Source: Alphaproteobacteria bacterium (lineage in GTDB: Bacteria; Pseudomonadota; Alphaproteobacteria; UBA828). From it: DNA of 64,000 nucleotides. The stretch spans positions 32,001-96,000 of the forward strand of contig CBDEFM010000001.1 in NCBI GenBank assembly GCA_965237415.1, given 5' to 3'. Shown one piece after another: positions 37,532-47,803 of this stretch. The notes beneath the pieces are model-generated. The model did not search any database. It saw nothing but the letters and a program-made list of their open reading frames with translations, and was not told where the DNA came from. Position numbers and translations under genes: made by a program. Position 1 is the stretch's first letter; each line of letters starts with the position of its first letter.

Positions 37532-37664
37532 CTAGTCACCTGAATCTGAAGTTCGCCACATAAAGACAACTATATTGCACGACCACATTCTTCGACAATA
37601 GAGCGACTTAGTGTGACGACACTGCCAATTGAAAATGATCTCAACTTCAGTGTCAGGTGACTAG
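37532..37664. mobile_element. 133-bp MITE with 22-bp terminal inverted repeats including CTAG
   Basis: CTAGTCACCTGAATCTGAAGTT ... AACTTCAGTGTCAGGTGACTAG (20/22 match); AT-rich interior. Confidence 0.75.
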
Positions 37665-38935
37665 ATAGGCTGCTCGCTCGGCAGGCCGGTCAACGCCGTC
37701 CACTGACGGTCGTTCAACCAAGCCCCGTCGAAGTCGTCCAACCGGTTCTGACGGATGATCTGGCGGATGGCTTGGACGTAAGCCGCCCGCCGCTCCGAAT
37801 ACTGGACCAATTCCCCGGCCAGGTCGTAACCGTCGATCGGCCTGCCGGCGCGACGCAGCTGAGCCCGCCGGTCGCGGAAGTCCTCGTAGGCCCAATGGCT
37901 GTTGAGATTGTGGACGTAGGCTCGCACCGCAGCGAGCAGGTTGTCGTGGCTGCGTACGCGATGCCGGCGATCGGCGTCGCGCCGCTCCGGCACCATACCC
38001 GTGACGGACTTGTACGTGTACTGACCGAAGAGCGCGTTGCCTTCCCGCACGAAGCGGGACGTACCCCATCCCGTCTCCTCCACCGCCTGCGCCAGAGCCA
38101 GCGATGGCGGCACGATATCGATCCGGCTCAGCAGGCCAGGCACGTCGAAAGGCGCGGCGCCGTAAAGCTCGGCGGTACCGATCAGCCACTCCCGGTCGGC
38201 AGCCGTCAACGCGCCGTCCCACAGGAGCCTCTCTCCCAGCCGCTCGACCCGCCAGCGCGTCGTGGTGATCTCCTCGTTCACCCGAAGGATGATCGGGAGA
38301 ACCGTCTGGACGAAGAGCCGCTTTTTCGTCTCCACGGACGAGACGTTGGCAAGGTCGTGCGGCAGCGCCTCCAGATAGAGACGCGGAACCGGCCTCGCCG
38401 CCGCCCGCACCTGGTCGAGCTCGTAGTCGAACGAAGCGAAACTCGCGATGACGGCGGTGACGGATGCCCTTGACGTCTTGGGCTTCGGGACGACCGACGG
38501 CACAGCGCTGTCCGGCACGGCACGCGCCATCACCGGCGGCTTCATCACCGGCGCCGGTGCCGGCGTGGGCTGCAGGTCTGCCGGAGAGAGGCGCATAACG
38601 GCGGCAGACGACGCGCTGATTGGCCGAGCGCGCACCACGACCGCCTCTTGCCATGCGGCCTCTTGCGGTTCGCCGGGCGGTACGTCCGAGAGAGAGAAGA
38701 CCAACCTGACACGGCCCGGCACGGCCGGCATGAGGGCTGCGGGCGCCAACTCTGCCGTCGCAGTGTCGGCCGCCTGCATCCACTGTGCGGCAAACAGAGT
38801 CAAATGCATCGGCGTGTGGGCCGCAGCCGGTTGAACGAGGTCGGTGCCGGCCGCGGAAACACCGAGAAGCGCCAGCGTCGCCACTCCCAGCGCACCCAGC
38901 GCTGACAGGGGAGCGGTTCTCCGGCTGCTCGCCAT
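37661..38935 (-). CDS. Bax-like glucosaminidase (GH73) domain protein
   Basis: KKRLF...LPII, IVPPSLALAQAVEETGWGTSRFVREGNALFGQ, NLNSHWAY, YSER. Start uncertain. Confidence 0.85.
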   Translation of the reverse strand: MASSRRTAPLSALGALGVATLALLGVSAAGTDLVQPAAAHTPMHLTLFAAQWMQAADTATAELAPAALMPAVPGRVRLVFSLSDVPPGEPQEAAWQEAVVVRARPISASSAAVMRLSPADLQPTPAPAPVMKPPVMARAVPDSAVPSVVPKPKTSRASVTAVIASFASFDYELDQVRAAARPVPRLYLEALPHDLANVSSVETKKRLFVQTVLPIILRVNEEITTTRWRVERLGERLLWDGALTAADREWLIGTAELYGAAPFDVPGLLSRIDIVPPSLALAQAVEETGWGTSRFVREGNALFGQYTYKSVTGMVPERRDADRRHRVRSHDNLLAAVRAYVHNLNSHWAYEDFRDRRAQLRRAGRPIDGYDLAGELVQYSERRAAYVQAIRQIIRQNRLDDFDGAWLNDRQWTALTGLPSEQPI

Positions 38936-39078
38936 CTCCTTCGCCGGTGGAAGCGAAGACCGACTCCACCCGCAGTCGAGGGCACTCCCTCTGCGCGCGC
39001 GCGCAGGGGCCCGCCCTTCGGCATTCATCAAAACGCCCTATCTCCCTCCCCGGCTTCGCCGGGAGCGCACGAGCCGTG

Positions 39079-39636
39079 CTAGACGGCGCGTACCTCCACG
39101 ACTTCCGGGATGTAGTGTTTCAGCATGTTCTCGATGCCCATTTTCAGGGTCATGGTCGAGCTGGGGCAGCCCTGACACGACCCCTGCAGCTGAAGCATCA
39201 CGATGCCGTTTTGAAAACCCTGGTAAGTGATGTCACCGCCGTCCTGCGCCACGGCCGGCCGTACTCGGGTATCGAGGAGCTCCTTGATCTGAGCGATGAT
39301 CTCCGCATCGGCGCCGTCGTCCGCCTCCCCCTCTGCCGTCTCTGCGGCATCGTCGAGGAGAAGCGGATGACCCGCAACGAAGTGCTCCATGATTACGCCG
39401 AGGATCACGGGTTTCAGCATTTGCCAATCGGCGTCGTCGGACTTGGAGACCGAGACGAAGTCGCCGCCGAAGAAGACCCCGGTGACGCCCTCGATCTGAA
39501 ACAGTCGCCGCGCCAACGGAGAACGTTCCGCCGATTCGACATCGCGGAAGTCCGCAGTCCCAGACGACATCACCGCCTCTCCGGGCAGAAATTTCAATGT
39601 CGCCGGGTTCGGGGTCCGCTCGGTCTGGATGAACAT
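39079..39636 (-). CDS. NifU/Nfu-type Fe-S cluster carrier
   Basis: MFIQTERTPNPATLKFLPG, VRPAVAQDGGDI, GSCQGCPSS (CxxC). Confidence 0.93.
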   Translation of the reverse strand: MFIQTERTPNPATLKFLPGEAVMSSGTADFRDVESAERSPLARRLFQIEGVTGVFFGGDFVSVSKSDDADWQMLKPVILGVIMEHFVAGHPLLLDDAAETAEGEADDGADAEIIAQIKELLDTRVRPAVAQDGGDITYQGFQNGIVMLQLQGSCQGCPSSTMTLKMGIENMLKHYIPEVVEVRAV

Positions 39637-39673
39637 GCTTTTCCCAACCCTGCCCACTATGGGCGCCTAACCG

Positions 39674-39758
39674 TTATCCAGAGTGCCTTCCACGTCAAGC
39701 CCAACGGCTATGCAGCTGTTTTATAGCGGGTTTTTGAGTACTGCACAGCTTATCCACA
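39674..39758 (+). promoter_or_regulatory. DnaA boxes
   Basis: Perfect TTATCCACA at 39750-39758 and one-mismatch TTATCCAGA at 39674-39682 in an AT-richer intergenic region. Confidence 0.4.
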
Positions 39759-39805
39759 GCGCCGGAACGTGTCGCGGACCCCTTGCGGCCCAGATGCGGA
39801 GCCGG

Positions 39806-40312
39806 CTACGTCAGGTCCTGGAGCTGTCGATCGTTCAGGTTGCCGGGGACAACCACGAGAGGGATGTTGAGCTGACCGGCGAGCTGACCGGCCAACCATG
39901 AAATCAACGACCCGTGTCCCTGATCGGGCGGGGCGGCGCCGACGACCAGAAGATTGATCGCCTCGTTCTCGCCGATATGGCCCAGGATCTCGTCGCCGAT
40001 ACGGCCCTCGCGCACCGCCATGCTCGGTGCCTCTCCCGTAACCTCCGTCACCTTCGCGGCCATGGATTGCAGAAGAAGCTCGGCTTCCTCCCGCGTCTCC
40101 TGCCGCATCAGCTCGCCGACCGCCGCCCAATGCTGGAACTCCGGCGGCTGCACGACGTGCAGGAGCGCGACATGCCCGCCGGAATTCCGGGCGCGTAGTG
40201 CGGCGAACCGCGCCGCGACCTCGGAGTGGCCGTCGTCCGCGACGCAGACCAGAAATGTGACCTGCCCGGCGACATGGGTCGCCCCCGGTTCGGGCGGCGC
40301 CTGCTCAGTCAT
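39806..40312 (-). CDS. Universal stress protein
   Basis: FLVCVAD, PPEFQHW, VREG, LLVVGAA, IPLVVVPGNL. Confidence 0.9.
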   Translation of the reverse strand: MTEQAPPEPGATHVAGQVTFLVCVADDGHSEVAARFAALRARNSGGHVALLHVVQPPEFQHWAAVGELMRQETREEAELLLQSMAAKVTEVTGEAPSMAVREGRIGDEILGHIGENEAINLLVVGAAPPDQGHGSLISWLAGQLAGQLNIPLVVVPGNLNDRQLQDLT

Positions 40313-40333
40313 GGCATCGATCCCGCCGCGTCC

Positions 40334-41104
40334 TCAGCCCTTGCGGAAGGCGAAGCTGCCCACCCATCCTGCCACCAGCGCCAACGCGATAGCAATGACG
40401 CCGTAGAGGGCTTCGTCCGTCCGCGCAAAGGTGGAAATGTCCGCCGAGAAGCCGGCCTTCTCGATATTCAGCGCCGCCGATCGCGTGCTGAGCACCTCGC
40501 CGTCGACCATGAGCAGCGCCTCCACCACGTAATCGCCGGTCGGCACGTGGGCGGGAAGGTCGATCGTCGTGCGGAACAAGCGCTCGTCGATGAACTCGAC
40601 CACGCCCAGCTCCGACCTGTACAGGGATTCGCGCTCCCTGTAGCGGTGGAGGGCGGCGCGGAACTCGTCGGCATCGCCCGACGTGTCGAACCAGATCGCC
40701 TCCAGCAACAGTCGCCCAGAGCCGAGCTGCTTGCGGTCGAGAAATTCGGCGTGCGCAATCTCTTCGAGTGGCCGCGACGCGGCGACGAAGTAGTAGCCGG
40801 GCACGTTGCGGAAGGCGATCGACTCCTGGTTGATCCAGACGCCGACGGTCTGACGCTTGCGGCGTACCACCACGGGCTCCTCGGGGCCGCGCACGGAGAC
40901 CACGACATCGCCCACCTCGTCGGTCGCGCCGAAGAGCAGGATCGACGTGCCGGCGAAGTTCGAATCGATCTCGATGCGCTGCGTCGAGAGCGCAATCAAC
41001 AGGGGCTCGTCAGGCCCCCCTTCCTCCGCCGCCGCGTACGTCACCGCCTGCGCTGCGACCGCCGCGGCGATCGCTGCCATCCCGATCTGGCGAAGAACAC
41101 GCAT
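40334..41104 (-). CDS. TIGR02186-family putative transmembrane protein
   Basis: IDSNFAGTSILLFG, VVRRKRQTVGVWIN, LFRT...LPAHVPTGDY, C-terminal TM helix; coupled to TauE. Confidence 0.8.
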   Translation of the reverse strand: MRVLRQIGMAAIAAAVAAQAVTYAAAEEGGPDEPLLIALSTQRIEIDSNFAGTSILLFGATDEVGDVVVSVRGPEEPVVVRRKRQTVGVWINQESIAFRNVPGYYFVAASRPLEEIAHAEFLDRKQLGSGRLLLEAIWFDTSGDADEFRAALHRYRERESLYRSELGVVEFIDERLFRTTIDLPAHVPTGDYVVEALLMVDGEVLSTRSAALNIEKAGFSADISTFARTDEALYGVIAIALALVAGWVGSFAFRKG

Positions 41105-42021
41105 CACGGACTGGCCCACAGCGGCGCGACGGCGAAGGGATCGTCCGGCATCACGACCAGCGAGTATGCGAGCCGCCCGCCGACAGCGAGCACCATGAGC
41201 GCCAGCAGACCTCTGAGATGTTCTGCCCGGATGCGCCCGCCGATGCGCGTACCGTATTGGGCGCCGATGACGGCACCGACCGCCAGCAGGAGGCCGAGGA
41301 TGATATCGACGTTGTTGTTGTTGACGGCGTGAGCGAAGCAGGAAACCGAGCTGATCACGATGATGCCGAACAGCGACGTGCCGACCACCACTGAAGTCGG
41401 CATGCCGATGAGGTAGATCATCGCAGGCACCATGAAGAACCCGCCGCCGACGCCCATGATGGAGGCGACGATGCCCATGAGGAAGCCGAGCACGAAGGGC
41501 GGGATCGCACTGACGTAGAGGCAGGAGCGCCGAAAGCGGAGCCTGAGCGGCAGGCCGTGTATCCAGGTGTGGACGTGGGCCTTGCGGCGGGACGCGCGTT
41601 GCCGGCGCGCCATCGCGCCCACGCTCTCGACCACCATCAGGCAGCCGACCACCCCGAGAAACAGCACGTAGGCGAGCGACACCACCAAGTCGATCTGGCC
41701 GGCATCGCTGAGCAGCTTGAAAATGAAGGCGCCGAGCCACGCACCGCCGATGCCGCCGCCGGAGACCAGAGCACCGATCAGAAAATCGACGTTGCCGCGG
41801 CGCCAATGCGCCATGGTGCCGGAGACCGACGAGGCGATGATCAGGTTGGTTCCGGTACCGACGGCGACCGACGGCGTGACGCCCAAGAAAATCAGCAACG
41901 GCGTCATCAGGAACCCGCCGCCGACGCCGAACATACCCGACAGCAGACCCACGCCGCCGCCGAGCACGAGCAGAATCAGCGCGTTGGCTGAAAGCTCGGC
42001 GATCGGGAGATAGATCTCCAT
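41104..42021 (-). CDS. Sulfite exporter TauE/SafE family
   Basis: MEIYLPIAE, SGMFGVGGGFLMTP, MGVGGGFFMVPAMIY. Confidence 0.88.
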   Translation of the reverse strand: MEIYLPIAELSANALILLVLGGGVGLLSGMFGVGGGFLMTPLLIFLGVTPSVAVGTGTNLIIASSVSGTMAHWRRGNVDFLIGALVSGGGIGGAWLGAFIFKLLSDAGQIDLVVSLAYVLFLGVVGCLMVVESVGAMARRQRASRRKAHVHTWIHGLPLRLRFRRSCLYVSAIPPFVLGFLMGIVASIMGVGGGFFMVPAMIYLIGMPTSVVVGTSLFGIIVISSVSCFAHAVNNNNVDIILGLLLAVGAVIGAQYGTRIGGRIRAEHLRGLLALMVLAVGGRLAYSLVVMPDDPFAVAPLWASP

Positions 42022-42152
42022 CGGCTGGTTCGGGTGGTGCGAGCAAGAATGCGCCCGCTACATGCGCCTCCCGCTCAAGGTGCGCAAGCGAAAAGTCTGG
42101 AATCGCACTGTTATTGCGGGAAACTGGCCTGCAATTTGCGGGCCGGCACCGC

Positions 42153-43145
42153 TCAGGCGTCGAGCAGCCCCATGATGCGCCGCACCTCGGCAAGGTTGGT
42201 GTCGGCGATGTTCCGTGCACGCTCTGCGCCGTCGGCCAGCACCCCGTCGATATAGGCGGGGTCCGCCTGCAGCTCGCGCATACGCTGGGCGATTGGGCCG
42301 AGCGTCTCGATCGCGAGATCCGCAAGCTTGCCCTTGAAGGCCGCGAAGCCCGTCCCGGTGTGCTCGGCAATAACCCGCTCCACGGGCTCGCCGGCGAGCG
42401 CAGCGTAGATGCTCAGCAGGTTCGCCGCCTCGGGCCGCCGTTCGGGGTCGAAGGCGAGGCCCGGCTCGGAATCGGTTTTGGCGCGCTTGATCTTGAGCGC
42501 GAGCGTGTCGGCGTCGTCGGTCAGATTGATGCGTGCGTAATCGGAGCCATCCGACTTGCTCATCTTGCTGCGCCCGTCCCGCAGGCTCATCACCCGCGTC
42601 GCGGCGCCGAAGATCATCGGCTCCGGCAGCGGGAAGAATTCCACATCGTAGGCGCGGTTGAAGGCGCCGGCGATATCGCGAGAGAGCTCGAGGTGCTGCT
42701 TCTGGTCCTCGCCCACCGGCACCGCGGTCGCGTGGTAGAGCAGGATGTCGGCGGCCATCAGCACCGGGTAGGCGTAGAGGCCGAGGAGTGCGCTGTCCCG
42801 CTTCTTCCCCGCCTTCTCCTTGAACTGGGTCATGCGGTTGAGCCAACCGAGCGGGGTGAAGCAGTTGAGGATCCAGGCGAGCTCCGCGTGTGCCGCCACG
42901 CTGCTCTGGTTGAAGATGATGCATTTTTTAGGGTCGAGCCCGGCGGCGAGCAGCCCGGCCGTGACCTCGCGCGTGTTGCCGGTGAGCTCCGTAGGGTCCT
43001 GCGGCACCGTGATCGCGTGCAGATCGACGATGCAGTAGAGGCAGTCGTACTCCCGCTGCATCGCGACCCAGTTCTTGATCGCGCCGAGGTAGTTGCCGAG
43101 GTGCAGGTTGCCGGTCGGCTGTACGCCGGAAAAGACCCGCTTCAT
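42153..43145 (-). CDS. trpS: Tryptophan--tRNA ligase
   Basis: [30 protein letters not shown]. Confidence 0.97.
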   Translation of the reverse strand: MKRVFSGVQPTGNLHLGNYLGAIKNWVAMQREYDCLYCIVDLHAITVPQDPTELTGNTREVTAGLLAAGLDPKKCIIFNQSSVAAHAELAWILNCFTPLGWLNRMTQFKEKAGKKRDSALLGLYAYPVLMAADILLYHATAVPVGEDQKQHLELSRDIAGAFNRAYDVEFFPLPEPMIFGAATRVMSLRDGRSKMSKSDGSDYARINLTDDADTLALKIKRAKTDSEPGLAFDPERRPEAANLLSIYAALAGEPVERVIAEHTGTGFAAFKGKLADLAIETLGPIAQRMRELQADPAYIDGVLADGAERARNIADTNLAEVRRIMGLLDA

Positions 43146-43196
43146 GTCATGAACGCTCCGCCGGGGCGCGCCTTATCGCGTCCCGGCGCGGTGCCG

Positions 43197-44762
43197 TCAA
43201 CCTTGGCCTTCCCCCTGGCCTTGCCGGCGGCTGAGAAGCGCGCGCATCTCGGTCACCGATACGGCCCCCAGGGCGGCGGCGAGAGCGCCGTAGCCCACGA
43301 GGCCGGCGGCGACGAGAGCGGCAAGCCCCGCAATGCGCACGCCTGTGGTTTCGAGCGGGGTCTCCAGGCCGAGTGCGATCCCCCACAAGAGCAGCGCCAT
43401 GCCGGCCGCCGCCGCGATCATGCGCGGGAGCCGGCGTTTCAGCCGACCGTCCGGCTTGAGGAAGCCTCGCCGCGCGAGACCCGCGGCCAGAAGGCCCACG
43501 TTGAGCCAGCCGGCGAGCGTGGTTGCCAGCGCGATCCCGACATGGGCGAGCGGCCCCATGAGCGCGAGGTTGAGCACGACATTCACCGTCAGGCAGAGGA
43601 TCGCGATCCGCACCGGTGTCCGCGTGTCCTGCCGCGCGAAGTAGCCGGGCGCCAGCACCTTGATCAGCACGAAGGCAGGGAGCCCGGCGGCATAGGCGAT
43701 GAGGGCGCCGGCCGTGGCGCTGCTCTCGTCGACCCCGAAGGCGCCGCGCTCGAACAGGACCGCGATCACGGGGCCCGCAATGACGATGAGCGCGACTGCC
43801 GCCGGCACCGCCAGCAGGAGCGCCATCTCGATTGCCCGGTTCAGGCTCCCGACCGCCTCCTCGACCTCGCCCGCCCGCAGCTGGCGGCTGAGCAGGGGCA
43901 AGAGCGCGGTCCCGACCGCGACGCCGACGACGCCGAGCGGAAGCTGGTTCACGCGGTCGGCGTAGTAGAGAAACGATACCGAGCCCGGCGGCAGCAGCGA
44001 TGCGATGATGATATCGACGACCAGGTTGATCTGGGCGACTCCGGCGCCGAGCGCCGCCGGCGCAGCGAGGATGAGCAGGCGCTTGACCCCCGGCGTGAGC
44101 CGCGGCCAGCGCAGGCGGAGCGACATTCCCGCCCGGGAGGCGGCAACGATCAACCAGACGAATTGAACGATCCCGCCGACCGTGACCCCGATCGCGAGCG
44201 CATGCCCCGGCGTCTCGGTCCAGCGCGCAAGGCCGAGCAAGGCCCCGATCAGGCAGAGGTTGAGCAGGATCGGCGTGGCCGCGACCGCAGCGAAGCGATA
44301 GAGCGAGTTCAGCACGCCGCCAAGCAGCGACACGAGCGAGATCAGGAGGATGTAGGGGAAGGTGAGGCGCGTGAGCTGCACGGTCAGATCGAGCTTCCCC
44401 GGCTCGTCGGCGAAGCCCGGTGCCAGGACGTGCATGAGCCACGGCATCACGATCTGAGCTGCGATGACGAGCACCAGCAGCGTCCACAGCAGGACAGTCA
44501 GAACGTCCTCCGCGAACGACTTGGCCGCCGCGCGCCCGTCGCGCTCCAGCACGCCCGCGAAGAGCGGCACGAAGGCTGCGTTGAACGCGCCCTCCGCGAA
44601 CAGCCGCCGCAGGAAGTTCGGCAGCTTGAAGGCGACGAAGAAGGCGTCCGCCACCGGCCCTGCCCCCAGGACCGAGGCGATCAGGATGTCGCGCAGGAAA
44701 CCGAGCACGCGCGAGCCCATGGTGTAGCCGCCGACGGTTGCGGCCCAGCGGGCGAGTGCCAT
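43197..44762 (-). CDS. murJ: Lipid II flippase MurJ
   Basis: SRVLGFLRD, AFKLPNFLRRLFAEGAF, YYADRVNQLPLG. Confidence 0.95.
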   Translation of the reverse strand: MALARWAATVGGYTMGSRVLGFLRDILIASVLGAGPVADAFFVAFKLPNFLRRLFAEGAFNAAFVPLFAGVLERDGRAAAKSFAEDVLTVLLWTLLVLVIAAQIVMPWLMHVLAPGFADEPGKLDLTVQLTRLTFPYILLISLVSLLGGVLNSLYRFAAVAATPILLNLCLIGALLGLARWTETPGHALAIGVTVGGIVQFVWLIVAASRAGMSLRLRWPRLTPGVKRLLILAAPAALGAGVAQINLVVDIIIASLLPPGSVSFLYYADRVNQLPLGVVGVAVGTALLPLLSRQLRAGEVEEAVGSLNRAIEMALLLAVPAAVALIVIAGPVIAVLFERGAFGVDESSATAGALIAYAAGLPAFVLIKVLAPGYFARQDTRTPVRIAILCLTVNVVLNLALMGPLAHVGIALATTLAGWLNVGLLAAGLARRGFLKPDGRLKRRLPRMIAAAAGMALLLWGIALGLETPLETTGVRIAGLAALVAAGLVGYGALAAALGAVSVTEMRALLSRRQGQGEGQG

Positions 44763-44784
44763 GGCTTGCGCGGGGGCCGGCGGC

Positions 44785-47559
44785 TCAGCCGGCCGCGCGG
44801 CGGCGCGGCACGGGATCGTCCGCGCGCCTGCCGGGCGCGACGCCGGCCTCGCGCCCGAGCATCTCGGTCAGGCGGCCCTGCACCTGCGCAACCTGGGCAT
44901 CGCGGGAGAGCTTCAGGCCGAAGCGGTCCCTGACGTAGAAGACATCGACGGCGCGGGAGCCGACCGTCGAGATGTGCGCCGAGCCGATCGAGACGCCGCA
45001 GGCGCTGAGCGTCCGCGTGATGTCGTAGAGGAGCCCCGGCCTGTCGCGCGCGCTCACCTCGATCACCGTGTAGCCGCGGCTCGCGCCGTTATCGACGAGG
45101 ACATGGGGCTCGAGGGCGATCGGGGCGGAGCGCGCCGGCCGCGGCGCGGCCACGAAGGCCGCGTCATCCGCACGTCCGGCGCCTGCGTCATCCTCGGAGA
45201 GCGCGCGGACCACGCTTTGCTCGAGCCGCTCCAGGCGCCCTTCGTCGCGGAACGCGCCGCCACCTGCGGCCTGGATCCAGATCGTGTCGATGGCCATCCC
45301 GTCGCCGGTGGTGAAGACGCGGGCATCGACGATGTTCGCCCCCGTAGTCGCCACCGCGCCGGCAATGGCGGCGAACAGGCCGATGTAATCGGGCGTGTAG
45401 AGCGTCATCTCCGTCGCGTCCCTGGCCCGGTCGATGCGGGTCTCGATCAGGGGCCCCCTGCCCCCGCCCCGCACGAAGCGGGCGTGGCGCTCCTGCATCG
45501 CGCTGTCGGTAGACAGCCAATAGGTAGCGGGGAGCCTGGTCTCGAAGTGCGCGATGTCGGCCTCGGTCCAGTCCGCGAGGCGGGCACGCAGTGCCTGCCG
45601 GGCCTTCGCCACGCGCGCGTCGCGGTCCTCGGCCTCGCGGCCGCCCGCGAGAACCGCCTCGGCGCGGTGGTAGAGCATGCGCAGGAGCGATCCTTTCCAC
45701 GCGGTCATGCGCCCCGGCCCAACGGCGGTGATGTCGGCCGCGGTTAGCACCAGCAGGAGCCTGAGACGCTCAAGCGAACGGACCCGGCCGACGAAATCGT
45801 CGACGGTGCGCGGATCGTTCGGGTCGCGCTTGAACGCGGTCATGCTGAACAGGAGATGCCAGCGGACCAGCCAGGCGGCGGTCTCGACCTCGTCGCGCGT
45901 GAATTCCAGCCGGGTGGCGACCTCGCGCGCGATCTCGGCGCCGATCTCCGAGTGGTCGCCACCCCGCCCCTTCGCAACATCATGCAGAAGCAGCGCGAGA
46001 TAGAGCACATCGCGCATCCGCAGTTGGGGAATGAGGGTGCTGGCGAGCGCCAGCTCGTCGGCTAGGGCGCCTCTCTCGATCGCGGCGAGCACGCCGATGG
46101 CACGGATGCTGTGCTCGTCGACCGTGTAGACGTGATAGAGATCGAGCTGGGTCTGCGCCACGACGCGGCCGAAATCCGGAAGAAAGCGACCCATCACGCC
46201 GGCCTCGTTCATCATCCGCAGGATCTTTTCGGGATTGTGCCTGTCGGTGAGGATCGCGCGGAAGGCGCGGTTGGCCTCCGGGTCGTCGCGCACCGATGCG
46301 GTGATCAGCCCGTGGCCCTGGTGGATCAGGCGGAGCGTTGCCGGATGAATGTCGCGGCCTTCGGTTTGCGCCCGGCGAAAGATCGTCACGAGGCGCACCG
46401 GGCGCTCGCTGAAGGTGCTTTCGCTGACCGCCGCGATGCGCCCGCCCGAGACGAAGAGCCCGTCGCGGGCGGGCCCGATCTCCGTCCCCGATCGGTGGAC
46501 CGGCGCGGTGTGGAGACGCTCCGCCTCCAGCACCGCGCAGAATACCCGCGTGAGCTCGCCGACAGACTTCGCGACGAGGAAATAGTGCTTCATGAACCGC
46601 TCGACAGCCAGATTGCCGCGGCGCGGCCCATAGCCCATGCGCGCCGCGATCTCGGGCTGGCGGTCGAAGGTGAGGCGATCCTCCGCGCGGTCGCAGACGA
46701 CGTGGAGGTGCGCCCGCACCCGCCAGAGGAAGTCCTCCGCCCGCGCGAAGCGATCATACTCGTGCCGGCTGAGCACACCGCGCTCGACGAGCTCGCCGAA
46801 ACGCTCGACGCGGAAGAGGTACTTGGCGATCCAGAACAGCACGTGGAGATCGCGCAATCCGCCCTTGCCGTCCTTTACGTTGGGCTCGAGGAGATAGCGC
46901 GAATCGCCCGCGCGTAGGTGGCGGGCGTCGCGTTCGTGAAGCTTGGCGGCGACGAACTCGGCCTCGGTGCCGGGCACCAACTCTGTGAGAAAACGCCGGC
47001 GGAACGCATCGTAGAGCGCCTGATCGCCCCACACATGGCGCGATTCGAGCACGGAGGTCCGGATCGTCATGTCCTCCTGCGCCCTTCGCAGACAATCGGA
47101 GACCGAGCGGGTCGCGTGGCCCACGGCGAGGCCGAGGTCCCACATCATGTAGAGCAGATGCTCGATGATCTGCTCGCTTCGGCCGGTCAGCTTGTAGGGG
47201 TGCAGGAAGAGAATATCGACATCGGAGTGAGGCGCCAGATCGCCCCGGCCATAGCCGCCGACCGCCACCAGGGAGAGGCGGCTCGCCGTGGTCGGATTGG
47301 GCTCGGGATAGACGACGTGCGACGCCCACTCCAGCAGCACGCGCAGCAGCTGGTCGATCAGGGAGGTCTGGGCCGCAACGATCTCGGCACCGGATGCCCC
47401 GGCTTCGAGGTGCCGGCAGAGCTCCCGACGGCCCTCGTCGCGGGTGCCTCTCGCAAGCTCCAGGACGGTCTTCCGGTCATCTCGACCGAGCCGGGCGACC
47501 GCTTGCGCGAAAGCCCGCCGGTCGAAAAGCGCCGCCGGCCGCGCGTCGGGCGCACTCAT
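44785..47559 (-). CDS. glnD: [Protein-PII] uridylyltransferase
   Basis: AVGGYGRGDLAPHSDVD, EPNVKDGKGGLRD, YHVYTVDEH, LLHDVAKGR, two ACT domains. Confidence 0.95.
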   Translation of the reverse strand: MSAPDARPAALFDRRAFAQAVARLGRDDRKTVLELARGTRDEGRRELCRHLEAGASGAEIVAAQTSLIDQLLRVLLEWASHVVYPEPNPTTASRLSLVAVGGYGRGDLAPHSDVDILFLHPYKLTGRSEQIIEHLLYMMWDLGLAVGHATRSVSDCLRRAQEDMTIRTSVLESRHVWGDQALYDAFRRRFLTELVPGTEAEFVAAKLHERDARHLRAGDSRYLLEPNVKDGKGGLRDLHVLFWIAKYLFRVERFGELVERGVLSRHEYDRFARAEDFLWRVRAHLHVVCDRAEDRLTFDRQPEIAARMGYGPRRGNLAVERFMKHYFLVAKSVGELTRVFCAVLEAERLHTAPVHRSGTEIGPARDGLFVSGGRIAAVSESTFSERPVRLVTIFRRAQTEGRDIHPATLRLIHQGHGLITASVRDDPEANRAFRAILTDRHNPEKILRMMNEAGVMGRFLPDFGRVVAQTQLDLYHVYTVDEHSIRAIGVLAAIERGALADELALASTLIPQLRMRDVLYLALLLHDVAKGRGGDHSEIGAEIAREVATRLEFTRDEVETAAWLVRWHLLFSMTAFKRDPNDPRTVDDFVGRVRSLERLRLLLVLTAADITAVGPGRMTAWKGSLLRMLYHRAEAVLAGGREAEDRDARVAKARQALRARLADWTEADIAHFETRLPATYWLSTDSAMQERHARFVRGGGRGPLIETRIDRARDATEMTLYTPDYIGLFAAIAGAVATTGANIVDARVFTTGDGMAIDTIWIQAAGGGAFRDEGRLERLEQSVVRALSEDDAGAGRADDAAFVAAPRPARSAPIALEPHVLVDNGASRGYTVIEVSARDRPGLLYDITRTLSACGVSIGSAHISTVGSRAVDVFYVRDRFGLKLSRDAQVAQVQGRLTEMLGREAGVAPGRRADDPVPRRRAAG

Positions 47560-47771
47560 CGCTGCACACGGGGGCTGCAACCCATCGTGGGCCCTACCCC
47601 GCCGGAACGCGAAGCCCACGCCGAGCCGGATCCCATGGCCCCGGACCTTGCCCCGAATACCGACCACCCGCAAGCGCACAACGGCCTGAGAGGTGCACGC
47701 GCACGTGTCGATCGGGCTCGTGCCCGTTGTGAGCGCATCCGATCAGCACGCATCTCAAGCTGCTCTTCACA

Positions 47772-47803
47772 TTGAATTGCGGTTGAATTGCGGTTGAATT
47801 GCA
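47772..47803. repeat. Three 11-bp direct repeats TTGAATTGC(GG)
   Basis: TTGAATTGCGG TTGAATTGCGG TTGAATTGCA in the glnD/rseP divergent intergenic region. Confidence 0.8.

Noticed and set aside
39660-39800. Chromosomal origin oriC
   Set aside because: Only two DnaA boxes, a short region, and no hemE, dnaA or parAB context; kept only as a weak regulatory finding.
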